DNA of 54,942 bases from an uncultured Mycoplasmatota bacterium (GTDB lineage: Bacteria > Bacillota_I > Bacilli_A > RF39 > UBA660), in the NCBI GenBank assembly GCA_947303405.1, contig CAMYYH010000002.1:1-54942 (forward strand), given 5' to 3'. Positions 9,848 to 19,654 of this stretch are shown piece after piece (position 1 is the stretch's first letter; the number at the start of each line of letters is the position of its first letter). The notes below the pieces were generated by a model that was not told the DNA's origin, did no database searches, and worked only from the letters and a program-made list of their open reading frames with translations. The translations under genes were made by a program, and so were the position numbers.

Positions 9848-9877
9848 AGGCACTTGTTTTTAGGTGTCTTTTTTTAG
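9848..9877 (+). terminator. Weak hairpin plus T run between rpsO and pnp (partial terminator or processing site)
   Basis: 7-bp stem aggcact/ggtgtct containing G-U pairs, followed by tttttttt. Confidence 0.5.
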
Positions 9878-9891
9878 GAAGGTAGAGAAGA

Positions 9892-12234
9892 ATGAGAAAA
9901 GAATTTGAATTAGATTTTCTTGGTAAAACGTTAAAAATTGAAATTGGAGAGTATGCTAAACAAGCTAATGGTGCTGTGTGGGTAAGATATAATGATACAG
10001 TTGTTTTGACTGCAGCAGTTATGGGACATAATGCAATTACTCAAGACTTTTTCCCATTAACAGTTCTATATCAAGAAAGATTATACTCTGTTGGTAAAAT
10101 ACCTGGAGGATTTATTAAAAGGGAAGGAAGACCTACAGATGCAGCTACATTGGCAGCTAGATTAATTGATAGACCTATTAGACCAATGTTTTCTGATGGA
10201 TTTAGAAATGAAGTACAAGTAATAAATACAGTATTATCGGTTGATCAAGATTGTTCAACGGAAATGGCAGCTTTATTTGGTTCATCTCTAGCATTAGGTA
10301 TTAGTGATATTCCATTTGATGGACCAGTTGCTGGAGTTATTGTTGGAAAGATAGGGAAAGATTTTATTATTAATCCAAGTGTGGAAGAGAGCGAACATTC
10401 TTCAATGCATTTAATAGTTGCTGGTACTAAAGATGCAATATGTATGGTTGAAGCTGGGGCTCAAGAAGTATCTGAAAAAGATATGTTAGAAGCTTTAATG
10501 TTTGGACATGAACATATTAAAAAGTTATGTGAATTCCAAGAAGTTATTATTAGAGAGGTTGGAAAAGAGAAGATTGAAGTACAATTAGCTCATATTGAAC
10601 CAGAAGTAGAAAAAGCTGTAAAAGAATTTGCTATGGATAAAATGTATGCAGCCCTATCATCTAATAAGGGTAAGTTAGAAAAATATGCAGATGTAGATAA
10701 AGTTAAAGTTGATACGATGGAAAACTTTGCTGAAGTATATGGTGAGTATGAAAACTGTGATGACTTATTAAGCCAAGTTAAGAAGGTAGTAGATAGTATC
10801 GAAGGTTTAGTGGTTAGAAAAATGGTTACTGTTGATAAGAAGAGAACTGATGGTAGAAAGATGGATGAAATTAGACCATTATCTGCGGCAATTGACTTAT
10901 TACCAAGAACTCATGGTTCAGCTATATTTACTAGAGGTGAAACTCAAGCATTGGCTACCACTACATTAGGTAGCTTAGAAGAAAACCAAATATTAGATGG
11001 TTTAACATTAGAGGCTACAAAGAGATTTATGTTACATTATAACTTCCCTCAATATTCAGTTGGAGAAGTTGGAAGATATGGTTCTCCTGGTAGAAGAGAA
11101 ATAGGCCATGGGGCATTAGGAGAAAGATCATTATTACAAGTAATGCCTGATGAAAAAGAATTCCCTTATACTGTAAGAGTGGTATCAGAGATATTAGAAT
11201 CTAATGGTTCATCTTCACAAGCTACTATTTGTGCTGGATGTTTAAGTTTAATGGCAGCTGGTGTACCAATTAAAGCGCCAGTAGCAGGTATAGCTATGGG
11301 ACTTATTACATCAGAAGATGGAAAGAAATATACTATATTAACAGATATCCAAGGATTAGAAGATCATATGGGAGATATGGATTTTAAAGTATCTGGAACA
11401 AGAAATGGTATTACTGCTTTACAGATGGATATTAAGATAAAAGGTGTAACTAAGAAGATATTAAAAGAAGCATTAGATCAAGCTAAGAAGGCTAGATTAG
11501 AGATATTGGATGTTATGGAATCAGTAATCCCTGAACCTAGAAAAGAATTATCTAAGTATGCTCCTAAGATAGAGATAATGCATATTGATCCTGAAAAGAT
11601 TAAGGATGTAATTGGTAAAGGTGGAGAAATGATTACTAAGATTATCTTAGAAGCTTCACACGTTACATCCGTTAATGATATAAATGCTGTTAAAGTAGAT
11701 TTACAAGATGATGGTACAGTATTAATCTATCATCAAGATAAAGATATTATTATGAAGACTAAAGAAATGATTGAAGAAGTAGTAAGAGAAGTTGAATATG
11801 GTCAAATATACAATGGTAAAATAGTTAAAGTTGAAGACTTTGGTTGTTTTGTTGAGTTATGGCCAGGTTGTGAAGGATTAGTTCATGTATCTCAACTTGC
11901 TTGGGATAGAGTAAATAAACCATCTGATTTATTCAAGGTTGGTGATGAAATAATTGTTAAATCATTAGGATACGATAATAAAGGTAGATTGAATCTTTCT
12001 CGTAAAGAAGCTTTACCAAAACCACAAAGAAAAGAAAAGGCTGAAGAAGTAAAAGAAGAATCTAAAGTTGAAAAGAAGGAAGAGAAAAAAGAAGTATCAG
12101 AAGGGGTAAAGGCAACTTTAAAGAAGGCCTTAAAAAAGGTAAAAGAAAAAGCAGAAGCTAAAAAAGAAGAAAAGAAAGAGAAAGAAGAAAAAACTAAAAG
12201 AGGTAGAAAAAAGAAAGAAGAAGAAACTAAATAA
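9892..12234 (+). CDS. pnp: Polyribonucleotide nucleotidyltransferase (PNPase) with a Lys/Glu-rich C-terminal extension
   Basis: Two RNase PH domains, a KH domain ([11 protein letters not shown]) and an S1 domain ([15 protein letters not shown]), followed by a K/E-rich tail of roughly 80 aa. Confidence 0.97.
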   Translation: MRKEFELDFLGKTLKIEIGEYAKQANGAVWVRYNDTVVLTAAVMGHNAITQDFFPLTVLYQERLYSVGKIPGGFIKREGRPTDAATLAARLIDRPIRPMFSDGFRNEVQVINTVLSVDQDCSTEMAALFGSSLALGISDIPFDGPVAGVIVGKIGKDFIINPSVEESEHSSMHLIVAGTKDAICMVEAGAQEVSEKDMLEALMFGHEHIKKLCEFQEVIIREVGKEKIEVQLAHIEPEVEKAVKEFAMDKMYAALSSNKGKLEKYADVDKVKVDTMENFAEVYGEYENCDDLLSQVKKVVDSIEGLVVRKMVTVDKKRTDGRKMDEIRPLSAAIDLLPRTHGSAIFTRGETQALATTTLGSLEENQILDGLTLEATKRFMLHYNFPQYSVGEVGRYGSPGRREIGHGALGERSLLQVMPDEKEFPYTVRVVSEILESNGSSSQATICAGCLSLMAAGVPIKAPVAGIAMGLITSEDGKKYTILTDIQGLEDHMGDMDFKVSGTRNGITALQMDIKIKGVTKKILKEALDQAKKARLEILDVMESVIPEPRKELSKYAPKIEIMHIDPEKIKDVIGKGGEMITKIILEASHVTSVNDINAVKVDLQDDGTVLIYHQDKDIIMKTKEMIEEVVREVEYGQIYNGKIVKVEDFGCFVELWPGCEGLVHVSQLAWDRVNKPSDLFKVGDEIIVKSLGYDNKGRLNLSRKEALPKPQRKEKAEEVKEESKVEKKEEKKEVSEGVKATLKKALKKVKEKAEAKKEEKKEKEEKTKRGRKKKEEETK

Positions 12235-12257
12235 GTTTATACTTCTTCTTTTTTTTG
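12215..12257 (+). terminator. Rho-independent terminator of pnp
   Basis: aagaagaag/cttcttctt stem followed by tttttttt. It overlaps the end of pnp. Confidence 0.6.
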
Positions 12258-12286
12258 ATATAATAAGAATAGTAGGAGTATAAAAT

Positions 12287-14530
12287 ATGAAGTTACATAA
12301 AAGAAGAAAATTTGTTAATCGTAATAAGAGAATGTTTTTCTCTTTGATGTTTTTTATGGTTTTGTTAATTACGGTTGGTTATGCTTATTTGAATGCAACT
12401 TTATCTATAAATGGAAGTACAACCATTGCTTCTAATAGATGGGATATCCATTTTGAAAATTTAAATATTAGTACGGGGTCAGTTAATGCTACTACACCAG
12501 CAGCAATTGATGCCAATGACAACACACGTATTAGTTATTCTGTTATGCTTAATTATCCAGGGGACTATTATGAGTTTGAAGTTGATGTTAAAAATGACGG
12601 GACCATTCCCGGGAGTGTTTCGGTTATAAGTTTATCCGGAATTGCTGATGAAGTCTCGGGAATATTAGAGTATTTTGTAAAGTATAAGAAGAACGATAAT
12701 TCGGTACAAGTCGGCGATGTATTAAATCCCGGCGCTAAAAAAACAATAATTGTTAGAATTGCTTATAAAGAAAATCCAGATTTAAATTCATTACCTAGTG
12801 ATGATATAGAATTAAACTTGGGGTTTGATATAACATATACACAAAGTAATAGTTTAGAGCCTGATAGTAGGTTATATTATATGATGAAAAAGAATTATGA
12901 AAATGGTGCTCCTGATATTGGTTTATACACGGGAGCTGGTTCGGAATCTTTTGATAATAATATTTATTATTTCCAGGGTAATACCAATAATAATAATCTT
13001 TTCTTTGCTAATAAATGTTGGAAAATAGTAAGAACAACAGATACTGGGGGAGTAAAGCTTTTATATAATGGTACAAAATCAGATGTAAATGGTTGTGATG
13101 GGGCTAATAATAATATTGGAGCGCCTTATCATTCTTCTAACAATTCTCCGGGATTTGTTGGTTATATGCATAATACCGAAACGGCTACTAAATATGCTTA
13201 TAAGACCAAGATATTAAGAGAACCATATACGATATTAGAAGCAACTATGACTTCTAAAACTGCTGACTATTATTATGGTAATTCTATATCTTATAATGGA
13301 ACAAGTTATCAATTATCAGGCGATGTGTTTAATGGTCGGTGGCAAAATGTATATAATAATACAAAAGGGAAATATGTATGTAGAAATGGTTCTGATACAT
13401 GTTCTACCATGTATTATGTAGCTGATATTGATCCTTGGGAGTCTGGTACAAATGGTAGTAATCAATATTTATTGAAAATGGAAAATGGTCAATTATTAGC
13501 GGACGTTAATAAAACTATGTATTTTAGTAATAGTGTTAATAGTTCGGGATTGGTAAGTCCAACTAGTGTATCTTTAACTACATGGCTTACTAATTATGCC
13601 GATTATGTAGGAAAGTATGCCTGTTTAGATATTCATACTAGCACTTGTAGTGAAAAATATTATGTAGTTGAGACAGCAAGAGATAAATTGAAATATGTAA
13701 ACCCCAATAATGACTATATGTATGGCAATAGTTTTAGTTATAGTAATGGTAGTTATACTTTGACTACAACTAAACATTTTTGGAATTGGCAGACTGATTA
13801 TAATTCTTTAGGAAATCATCATTATACGTGTTTTAATACTAGTGGTACTTGTTCGACGGTGTATTATATTTTTATTACTTCTAATAGTAAGGAAGATTAT
13901 GATGCGTTGTATATAGAATTAAAGGACGGCAAGAGTATTAGTGATGCTTTAGATGAGATGTTATTTAATGATAATATTAATGTTGATAATTCTGGTGCTA
14001 AGACCCTTGTGGATAATTTCTATGCAAATAATATTCTAAATACGGAATATGAAAACTATATAGAAGATACTGTATATTGTAATGATAGATCGGTTAGTAA
14101 TTATGGTAACTGGTCACCTAATAATAGTAATACTAGTTATGGTATATATTATTCAACATTTAATAATAGGAATAATCCGGCTAATTTGATTTGCCCAAAT
14201 ACAAGAGATAGTTTTACGGTTAGTTCAAGTATTGGTAATGGGGCATTGACATATCCGATAGGTATGTTAACGGCACCAGAAGCTTACTTAGCTAATAAGG
14301 GTAATCAAGCTGGTTCTTATTTACAATCGTCAGTTACATTCTTTACGATGTCTCCATCTACATTTTATATTGAAAATCAATCGGCAATTGCAATTAATAC
14401 AAGTGGTACTTATAATATTAGTGGGCTATTGCATTATGGTTTTAAAATTAGACCAGTTATATCTTTAGTTCCTGATGTTGAAATTGCTGGGGGAACAGGA
14501 AGTACTACTGATCCTTGGTTAATATCTTAA
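12287..14530 (+). CDS. Large secreted or cell-surface protein with an N-terminal membrane anchor and three Cys-containing repeats
   Basis: Basic N-terminus plus TM (KRMFFSLMFFMVLLITVGYAYL). N/S/T/Y-rich. Contains three repeats of about 50 aa, each ending C-x5-7-C-S-x-x-YY. C-terminal IRPVISL...GGTGSTTDPW. Confidence 0.75.
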   Translation: MKLHKRRKFVNRNKRMFFSLMFFMVLLITVGYAYLNATLSINGSTTIASNRWDIHFENLNISTGSVNATTPAAIDANDNTRISYSVMLNYPGDYYEFEVDVKNDGTIPGSVSVISLSGIADEVSGILEYFVKYKKNDNSVQVGDVLNPGAKKTIIVRIAYKENPDLNSLPSDDIELNLGFDITYTQSNSLEPDSRLYYMMKKNYENGAPDIGLYTGAGSESFDNNIYYFQGNTNNNNLFFANKCWKIVRTTDTGGVKLLYNGTKSDVNGCDGANNNIGAPYHSSNNSPGFVGYMHNTETATKYAYKTKILREPYTILEATMTSKTADYYYGNSISYNGTSYQLSGDVFNGRWQNVYNNTKGKYVCRNGSDTCSTMYYVADIDPWESGTNGSNQYLLKMENGQLLADVNKTMYFSNSVNSSGLVSPTSVSLTTWLTNYADYVGKYACLDIHTSTCSEKYYVVETARDKLKYVNPNNDYMYGNSFSYSNGSYTLTTTKHFWNWQTDYNSLGNHHYTCFNTSGTCSTVYYIFITSNSKEDYDALYIELKDGKSISDALDEMLFNDNINVDNSGAKTLVDNFYANNILNTEYENYIEDTVYCNDRSVSNYGNWSPNNSNTSYGIYYSTFNNRNNPANLICPNTRDSFTVSSSIGNGALTYPIGMLTAPEAYLANKGNQAGSYLQSSVTFFTMSPSTFYIENQSAIAINTSGTYNISGLLHYGFKIRPVISLVPDVEIAGGTGSTTDPWLIS

Positions 14531-14556
14531 GGTAAGAATTTATTCTTATCTTTTTT
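14531..14556 (+). terminator. Rho-independent terminator
   Basis: ggtaagaa/ttcttatc hairpin followed by tttttt. Confidence 0.65.
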
Positions 14557-14571
14557 GTGGAAATTAGTTTA

Positions 14572-14600
14572 TTGCGAAGAGAATGAATACGTATTATAAT
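14572..14600 (+). promoter_or_regulatory. Putative sigma-A promoter of the ABC exporter operon
   Basis: TTGCGA, 17-nt spacer, TATAAT, 28 nt upstream of the ATG. Confidence 0.5.
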
Positions 14601-14628
14601 AAGATAGTTCACAAGAAAGGATGATAAT

Positions 14629-16389
14629 ATGTTTAAACTATTGAAAAATCTTAGTAATAAAGATAGATTTATGATAGTTATTATAGCTTTATTAGTGGTT
14701 TTTTCGGTGTTCTTAGATTTAAGAATGCCTGAATATATGAGTAAAATAACTAGATTAGTACAAACTGAAGATAGTACAATGAAAGATATTTTGTCGGCTG
14801 GTGGCCATATGCTATTATGTGCAGTTGGATCTATGGCTACATTAATAATTATTTGTTATTTTTCATCGCTATTAGCGGCTAATTTTTCTAAGAATGTTAG
14901 ACGAAAAGTCTTTACTAAAGTAGAAAGCTTTGGAATAGCTGAAATTAAGAAGTTTAAAACTAGTAGTTTAATAACAAGAACTACTAATGATATAACCCAA
15001 ATAGAAATGTTATTGGCAATGGGATTACAACTGTTAATTAAGTCACCAGTAATGGCCGTATGGGCTCTTTTAAAAATAGTTGGTAAAAGTGGGGAACTAA
15101 GTTTGATAACTGCAACAGGAGTTGTAATTATAGTGATTACTAACTTGTTGATAATTAAAACTGTTACACCGCGATTTGAAAAGATGCAAAAATTAACTGA
15201 TCAGGTTAATGGGGTTACTAGAGAAAATTTAACAGGTATTAGAGTAATAAGAGCGTTTAATGCTGAAGAGTTTCAAACTGATAGATTTGAAAAAGTTAAT
15301 AGTGATTTAACTAATACCCAGTTAGCTAATCAAAGAACTTTTGCAGTTATGCAACCAATGATGAATTTTGTTATGCATTTTCAACAATTGGGTATTTACT
15401 TTATTGGCGCAATATTGATAACGAAAGCGGGAATGGTAGATAAAATTAATTTATTTAGTAATATGGTTGTTTTTTCTAGTTACGGAATGCAAGTTATTAT
15501 ATCTTTCTTGATGTTAACAATGATATTTATGATACTACCTAGAGCTCAAGTATCGGCTAGGCGTATTAATGAAGTATTAGATGAAGATGTAAGTATTAAA
15601 GATGGTACTTTTGATGGTGATACTAAAGAAAAAGGGGTAGTTGAGTTTAGAAATGTATCTTTTAGATATCCTGATGCTGATGAAGATATTATTAAGAATA
15701 TTTCTTTTAAAGTAAATAAAGGGGAAACAATTGCTTTTATAGGTAGTACTGGTAGTGGTAAATCAACTTTAATTAACTTGGTACCAAGATTGTATGATGC
15801 GACTAGGGGTGAAGTTTTAGTAGATGGAGTAAATGTAAAAGAATATAAAATAAAAGCTTTGAATAATAAAATCGGTTATATTTCCCAAAAGGCAGTTATG
15901 TTTAATGGAACTGTGTATGATAATGTGGCTTACGGAGATAATGGTAAAGGTAAACCATCTAAAGAAAAAGTAAAGGAAGCTATCAAGGTAGCTCAAGCTA
16001 AAGAGTTTGTAGAAGATATGGATAATAAGTATGCTTCTCATATTGCTAGAGGGGGGACTAATGTATCTGGTGGACAAAAGCAAAGGCTATCTATAGCTAG
16101 AGCCATTGCAAGAGATCCGGAAATATATATTTTTGATGATTCGTTTTCAGCGTTAGATTATAAGACGGATTTAACACTTAGGAAAGAGTTGAAGAAATAT
16201 ACTAAGGATGCGACTAGTATGATAGTTGCGCAAAGAATTGGCACTATAATGCATGCTGATAAAATAGTAGTTTTAGATAAAGGAGAATGTGTTGGTATAG
16301 GAACACATAAGGAATTATTAAAATCATGTGATGTATATAAAGAAATAGCTTTATCACAACTTAGTGAGGAGGAACTATCTAATGCCTAG
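14629..16389 (+). CDS. ABC exporter permease/ATP-binding subunit (type I exporter, heterodimer partner 1)
   Basis: 6-TM domain plus NBD: Walker A GSTGSGKST, signature VSGGQKQRLSIARA, Walker B IYIFDDSFSALD. Confidence 0.9.
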   Translation: MFKLLKNLSNKDRFMIVIIALLVVFSVFLDLRMPEYMSKITRLVQTEDSTMKDILSAGGHMLLCAVGSMATLIIICYFSSLLAANFSKNVRRKVFTKVESFGIAEIKKFKTSSLITRTTNDITQIEMLLAMGLQLLIKSPVMAVWALLKIVGKSGELSLITATGVVIIVITNLLIIKTVTPRFEKMQKLTDQVNGVTRENLTGIRVIRAFNAEEFQTDRFEKVNSDLTNTQLANQRTFAVMQPMMNFVMHFQQLGIYFIGAILITKAGMVDKINLFSNMVVFSSYGMQVIISFLMLTMIFMILPRAQVSARRINEVLDEDVSIKDGTFDGDTKEKGVVEFRNVSFRYPDADEDIIKNISFKVNKGETIAFIGSTGSGKSTLINLVPRLYDATRGEVLVDGVNVKEYKIKALNNKIGYISQKAVMFNGTVYDNVAYGDNGKGKPSKEKVKEAIKVAQAKEFVEDMDNKYASHIARGGTNVSGGQKQRLSIARAIARDPEIYIFDDSFSALDYKTDLTLRKELKKYTKDATSMIVAQRIGTIMHADKIVVLDKGECVGIGTHKELLKSCDVYKEIALSQLSEEELSNA

Positions 16390-18526
16390 ACCTGGTGGCC
16401 CTATGAAAGTAGGAGAGAAATCTAAAGATTTTAAAGGGACAATGATTAAACTTTTTAGAAGTTTAAATAAGTGGAAAAGTTTAGTGGTTGTATCCCTGTT
16501 ATTAGCTTTATTTAGTGCTTTACTTTCTACTATTGCGCCTAATAGATTATCTAAATTAACAGATGTTATATCAGAAGGTATAAGACCTAATGCATCGAAG
16601 ATACAAGAAATATCAAAAGAAATATATAGTAATGCGATGAGAAATTATGTGGCTTATATAACTTCAGTTGAAGATGATTTTAATATAATAAATAGTGATA
16701 AAAATAAAGCTATAGTAGATAGTGAAACTGGTGAGTTAATAAAAGAGTTTAATAAGTTATCTGATAATGAAAAAGCAAGGATACTAAAAGATATTGAAAT
16801 AGATGGGATTACTATTAGTGTTAAAGATCAAATAAAATATTTAGGAATAGTTAATTCTATGGATGATTCCATGGTAACAGATGATTTATTGGTTTTATTA
16901 GATAAATTACCTAAATCTATAAAAACTCTAATAGAACCCAAAATGAATATGAGTAAAGTAAAACAAAGAGCTCTAGTATTGGCAATTATTTATATAATCA
17001 GTTCATTATTTGGCTATGTTCAAGCTTATATAATGGCAACAATATCTAATAATTATGCTAAGAAACTTAGAAGTGATATAAGTAATAAGATTAATAGGTT
17101 ACCATTAAGATATTTTGACAATCATGAAACTGGAGATATATTATCTAGAGTAACAAATGATGTAGATTCGATTGCAATGAATATGAATCAAAGCTTAGCT
17201 ACACTGGTATCTAGTAGTACATTATTCTTAGGTTCAATTGTGATGATGTTTATTACCAACTATATAATGGCGCTAACGGCTATTGCTGCGAGTTTTTTTG
17301 GTTTTATTGGTTCGTTTATATTACTAGGAAAGAGTCAAAAATACTTTACTCAGAGACAAGAAGAACTGGGTAATATTAACGGTCATATTGAAGAGACTTT
17401 CTCAGGTCATAATGTTGTAAAAGTATACAACGGGGAAAGTGAGGCTCTAGCCGAATTTGATAGGATAAATGAAAAATTATACAACTGCAATAAGAAGAGC
17501 CAATTTATATCGGGAGTTATGCAACCATTAATGGGATTCGTTGGTAACTTTGGTTATGTTGCGGTATGTGTTGTTGGAGCAATATTAGTAATGAAGAATA
17601 AAACTTCATTTGGAACAATTGTTGCCTTTATGATTTATGTTAGATTATTTACGAATCCTTTATCACAAATAGCTCAATCTTTAACGGGACTTCAATCAAC
17701 GGCCGCGGCAGCTGAAAGAGTATTTGATTTCATGGATGAGGAAGAGCTATCTGATCAAAGTCATATTACTGGTTATGTTGATGGAGATATTGTAGATGGG
17801 AATATTGAGTTTAAGAATGTTCATTTTGGTTATAATGAAGATCGAGTAATAATTAATAATTTTAGTGCTAAGGCTAAAAGTGGTCAAAAAATAGCAATTG
17901 TTGGTCCGACGGGAGCAGGGAAAACAACAATGGTTAATCTACTTATGAAGTTTTATGATATTAATAGTGGGGAAATATTAATAGATGGAGTACCTACTAG
18001 TAATCTAACCAGAGAAAATATTCATCAATTATTTATCATGGTATTGCAAGATACTTGGTTATTTGATGGAACAGTAAGAGATAATATTAAGTTTAATAAA
18101 GCGAATATTACAGATGAAGAAATATGGCAAGTATGTAAAGTAGTTGGAATAGATCATTTTATAAAGACATTACCAGGAGGATTAGATTCAAATGTTGGTG
18201 ATAATGACTCTATTAGTCAGGGGCAAAAACAGTTGATAACTATTGCTAGAGGTATGGTAGAAGATGCGCCGTTCTTAATACTAGATGAAGCAACTAGTAA
18301 TGTAGATACAAGAACAGAGGAATTAGTACAAAAAGCAATGGATAAGTTAATGGAAGGAAGAACCTCTTTTATAATTGCTCATAGATTATCGACGATAAAG
18401 AACGCGGATTTAATACTTGTCATGAATAATGGTAATATTGTTGAACAAGGTACTCATGAAGAGTTAATGAAAAAGAAAAATGGCTTCTATGCAAACCTAT
18501 ATAATAGTCAATTTGAGATTAATTAG
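16382..18526 (+). CDS. ABC exporter permease/ATP-binding subunit (heterodimer partner 2) with a long TM1-TM2 loop
   Basis: Walker A GPTGAGKTT, a degenerate signature ISQGQKQLITIARG, Walker B ILDEATSNVD and H-loop AHRLSTI. It overlaps the upstream gene by 8 nt. Confidence 0.9.
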   Translation: MPRPGGPMKVGEKSKDFKGTMIKLFRSLNKWKSLVVVSLLLALFSALLSTIAPNRLSKLTDVISEGIRPNASKIQEISKEIYSNAMRNYVAYITSVEDDFNIINSDKNKAIVDSETGELIKEFNKLSDNEKARILKDIEIDGITISVKDQIKYLGIVNSMDDSMVTDDLLVLLDKLPKSIKTLIEPKMNMSKVKQRALVLAIIYIISSLFGYVQAYIMATISNNYAKKLRSDISNKINRLPLRYFDNHETGDILSRVTNDVDSIAMNMNQSLATLVSSSTLFLGSIVMMFITNYIMALTAIAASFFGFIGSFILLGKSQKYFTQRQEELGNINGHIEETFSGHNVVKVYNGESEALAEFDRINEKLYNCNKKSQFISGVMQPLMGFVGNFGYVAVCVVGAILVMKNKTSFGTIVAFMIYVRLFTNPLSQIAQSLTGLQSTAAAAERVFDFMDEEELSDQSHITGYVDGDIVDGNIEFKNVHFGYNEDRVIINNFSAKAKSGQKIAIVGPTGAGKTTMVNLLMKFYDINSGEILIDGVPTSNLTRENIHQLFIMVLQDTWLFDGTVRDNIKFNKANITDEEIWQVCKVVGIDHFIKTLPGGLDSNVGDNDSISQGQKQLITIARGMVEDAPFLILDEATSNVDTRTEELVQKAMDKLMEGRTSFIIAHRLSTIKNADLILVMNNGNIVEQGTHEELMKKKNGFYANLYNSQFEIN

Positions 18527-18528
18527 TG

Positions 18529-18557
18529 TTGATAATAGTTTATCTCTCGAGTATAAT
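18529..18557 (+). promoter_or_regulatory. Near-consensus sigma-A promoter
   Basis: TTGATA, exactly 17 nt, TATAAT. It begins 3 nt after the ABC gene stop and ends about 30 nt before ATG 18589. Confidence 0.6.
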
Positions 18558-18588
18558 AAGCTCACCTAGTGAAAGGGGGCTTATTTTT

Positions 18589-19572
18589 ATGTCTAATTTA
18601 TCTGATTTAATAATTAATAGTCCCTTTTTTGATAAAGAAACGGAAGAATTTCAAAATGGTGATGAATATTCTCAAGAAGGTAGTAATAAGATTACTATAA
18701 GGTGTGTTAGAAAAGCAGAATATGGTATAAGAATAATTTTTAAGGAGTTCATTGCTCATGAAGATAGAGGATTATTAGAAATGATTGTTTCGGAGGGATC
18801 TTTTTTTCCTCCAGGAACTTGGAATATGTTAGATGAACGTGGAGGAACTGAACCTAATAAAGCAGATACAAATGTTATTTTTCCTGTTACTGGTGGAGAA
18901 ATGAAATATGAAATGTTTATTAAATATACTTATTCTATTTGCGAGGGAGAGAATCTTCTTAGCGAATCTGTATTATCTATGTGGTTAAAAGATGCAGGCC
19001 TACCTATTAGTGTTAAGGAAAAACGTAGGAGCAAAAAGAGTAATTGGCATGTTGATAGCGCCGCGATTATCTTAGATTTAATGGGGAAGTTAAGCTCTAT
19101 ATCTTTATACAAACCTATTTGCTGGGTTTTTGGGGTTCCGGTATTAAAAGATTCTAGTTCTTTTTCTTGGCATTTGAATTATCGAGTTTATTGTCCGGGT
19201 TATGATGGATGCTATGTAGAACTTGTTTGTGCTTCTCATTATAGATCTAGAAATAATATGATGTTATCAGATGAAGGGCAAGATGAAGGGCAAATATGTA
19301 TTAATGATATATTAAGAGACTATATACAGAGCTTTCGTTTTGCTGTCAAGGGTCAAGATATAACAAATTTAGATTTTTCAAGACCTTTATCTATAGTTAT
19401 TCCTTGTGATGAGATGAGTATTGAGGCTCAAATAGATTGTATGTTAAGGGTTAGGCAGTCTTTAGAGCCTTTTAAGCAGTTATTCATAAATGATGCCATA
19501 GGAAGAGACAAAATTGCTAAGAGTGTTCAAGCAGCTAAAGAAAAAAACAATGGTGGAAGAGTATTAAAGTGA
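18589..19572 (+). CDS. Hypothetical cytoplasmic protein (orphan A, 327 aa)
   Basis: Long ORF starting at ATG 18589, preceded by aaaggggg. No TM segment or signal peptide. Cys-rich, with the motif CPGYDGCYVELVCASH. I recognise no family. Confidence 0.7.
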   Translation: MSNLSDLIINSPFFDKETEEFQNGDEYSQEGSNKITIRCVRKAEYGIRIIFKEFIAHEDRGLLEMIVSEGSFFPPGTWNMLDERGGTEPNKADTNVIFPVTGGEMKYEMFIKYTYSICEGENLLSESVLSMWLKDAGLPISVKEKRRSKKSNWHVDSAAIILDLMGKLSSISLYKPICWVFGVPVLKDSSSFSWHLNYRVYCPGYDGCYVELVCASHYRSRNNMMLSDEGQDEGQICINDILRDYIQSFRFAVKGQDITNLDFSRPLSIVIPCDEMSIEAQIDCMLRVRQSLEPFKQLFINDAIGRDKIAKSVQAAKEKNNGGRVLK

Positions 19573-19588
19573 CGTTAATACTCTTTTT
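19557..19588 (+). terminator. Rho-independent terminator of orphan A
   Basis: 11-bp perfect stem aagagtattaa/ttaatactctt with a 7-nt loop containing the TGA stop, followed by ttttt. Confidence 0.7.
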
Positions 19589-19654
19589 GAGTGAAATTAT
19601 TGTTTTTTTATTATTATTTAAGCTATAATAATAGTAATTTTAGAGGTGGTTTTG

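Noticed and set aside
12000-12240. Purine-rich aag/aaa repeats that look like a simple-sequence or CRISPR-like repeat tract.
   Set aside because: The tract is in frame with pnp and encodes the K/E tail. It has no regular repeat-spacer periodicity.
16560-16990. A hydrophilic insert of about 130 aa between TM1 and TM2 of the second ABC exporter subunit, considered as a novel domain.
   Set aside because: Extended first extracellular loops are a known variable feature of heterodimeric Firmicute exporters. The insert has no distinctive motif, so it is noted only in the feature call.
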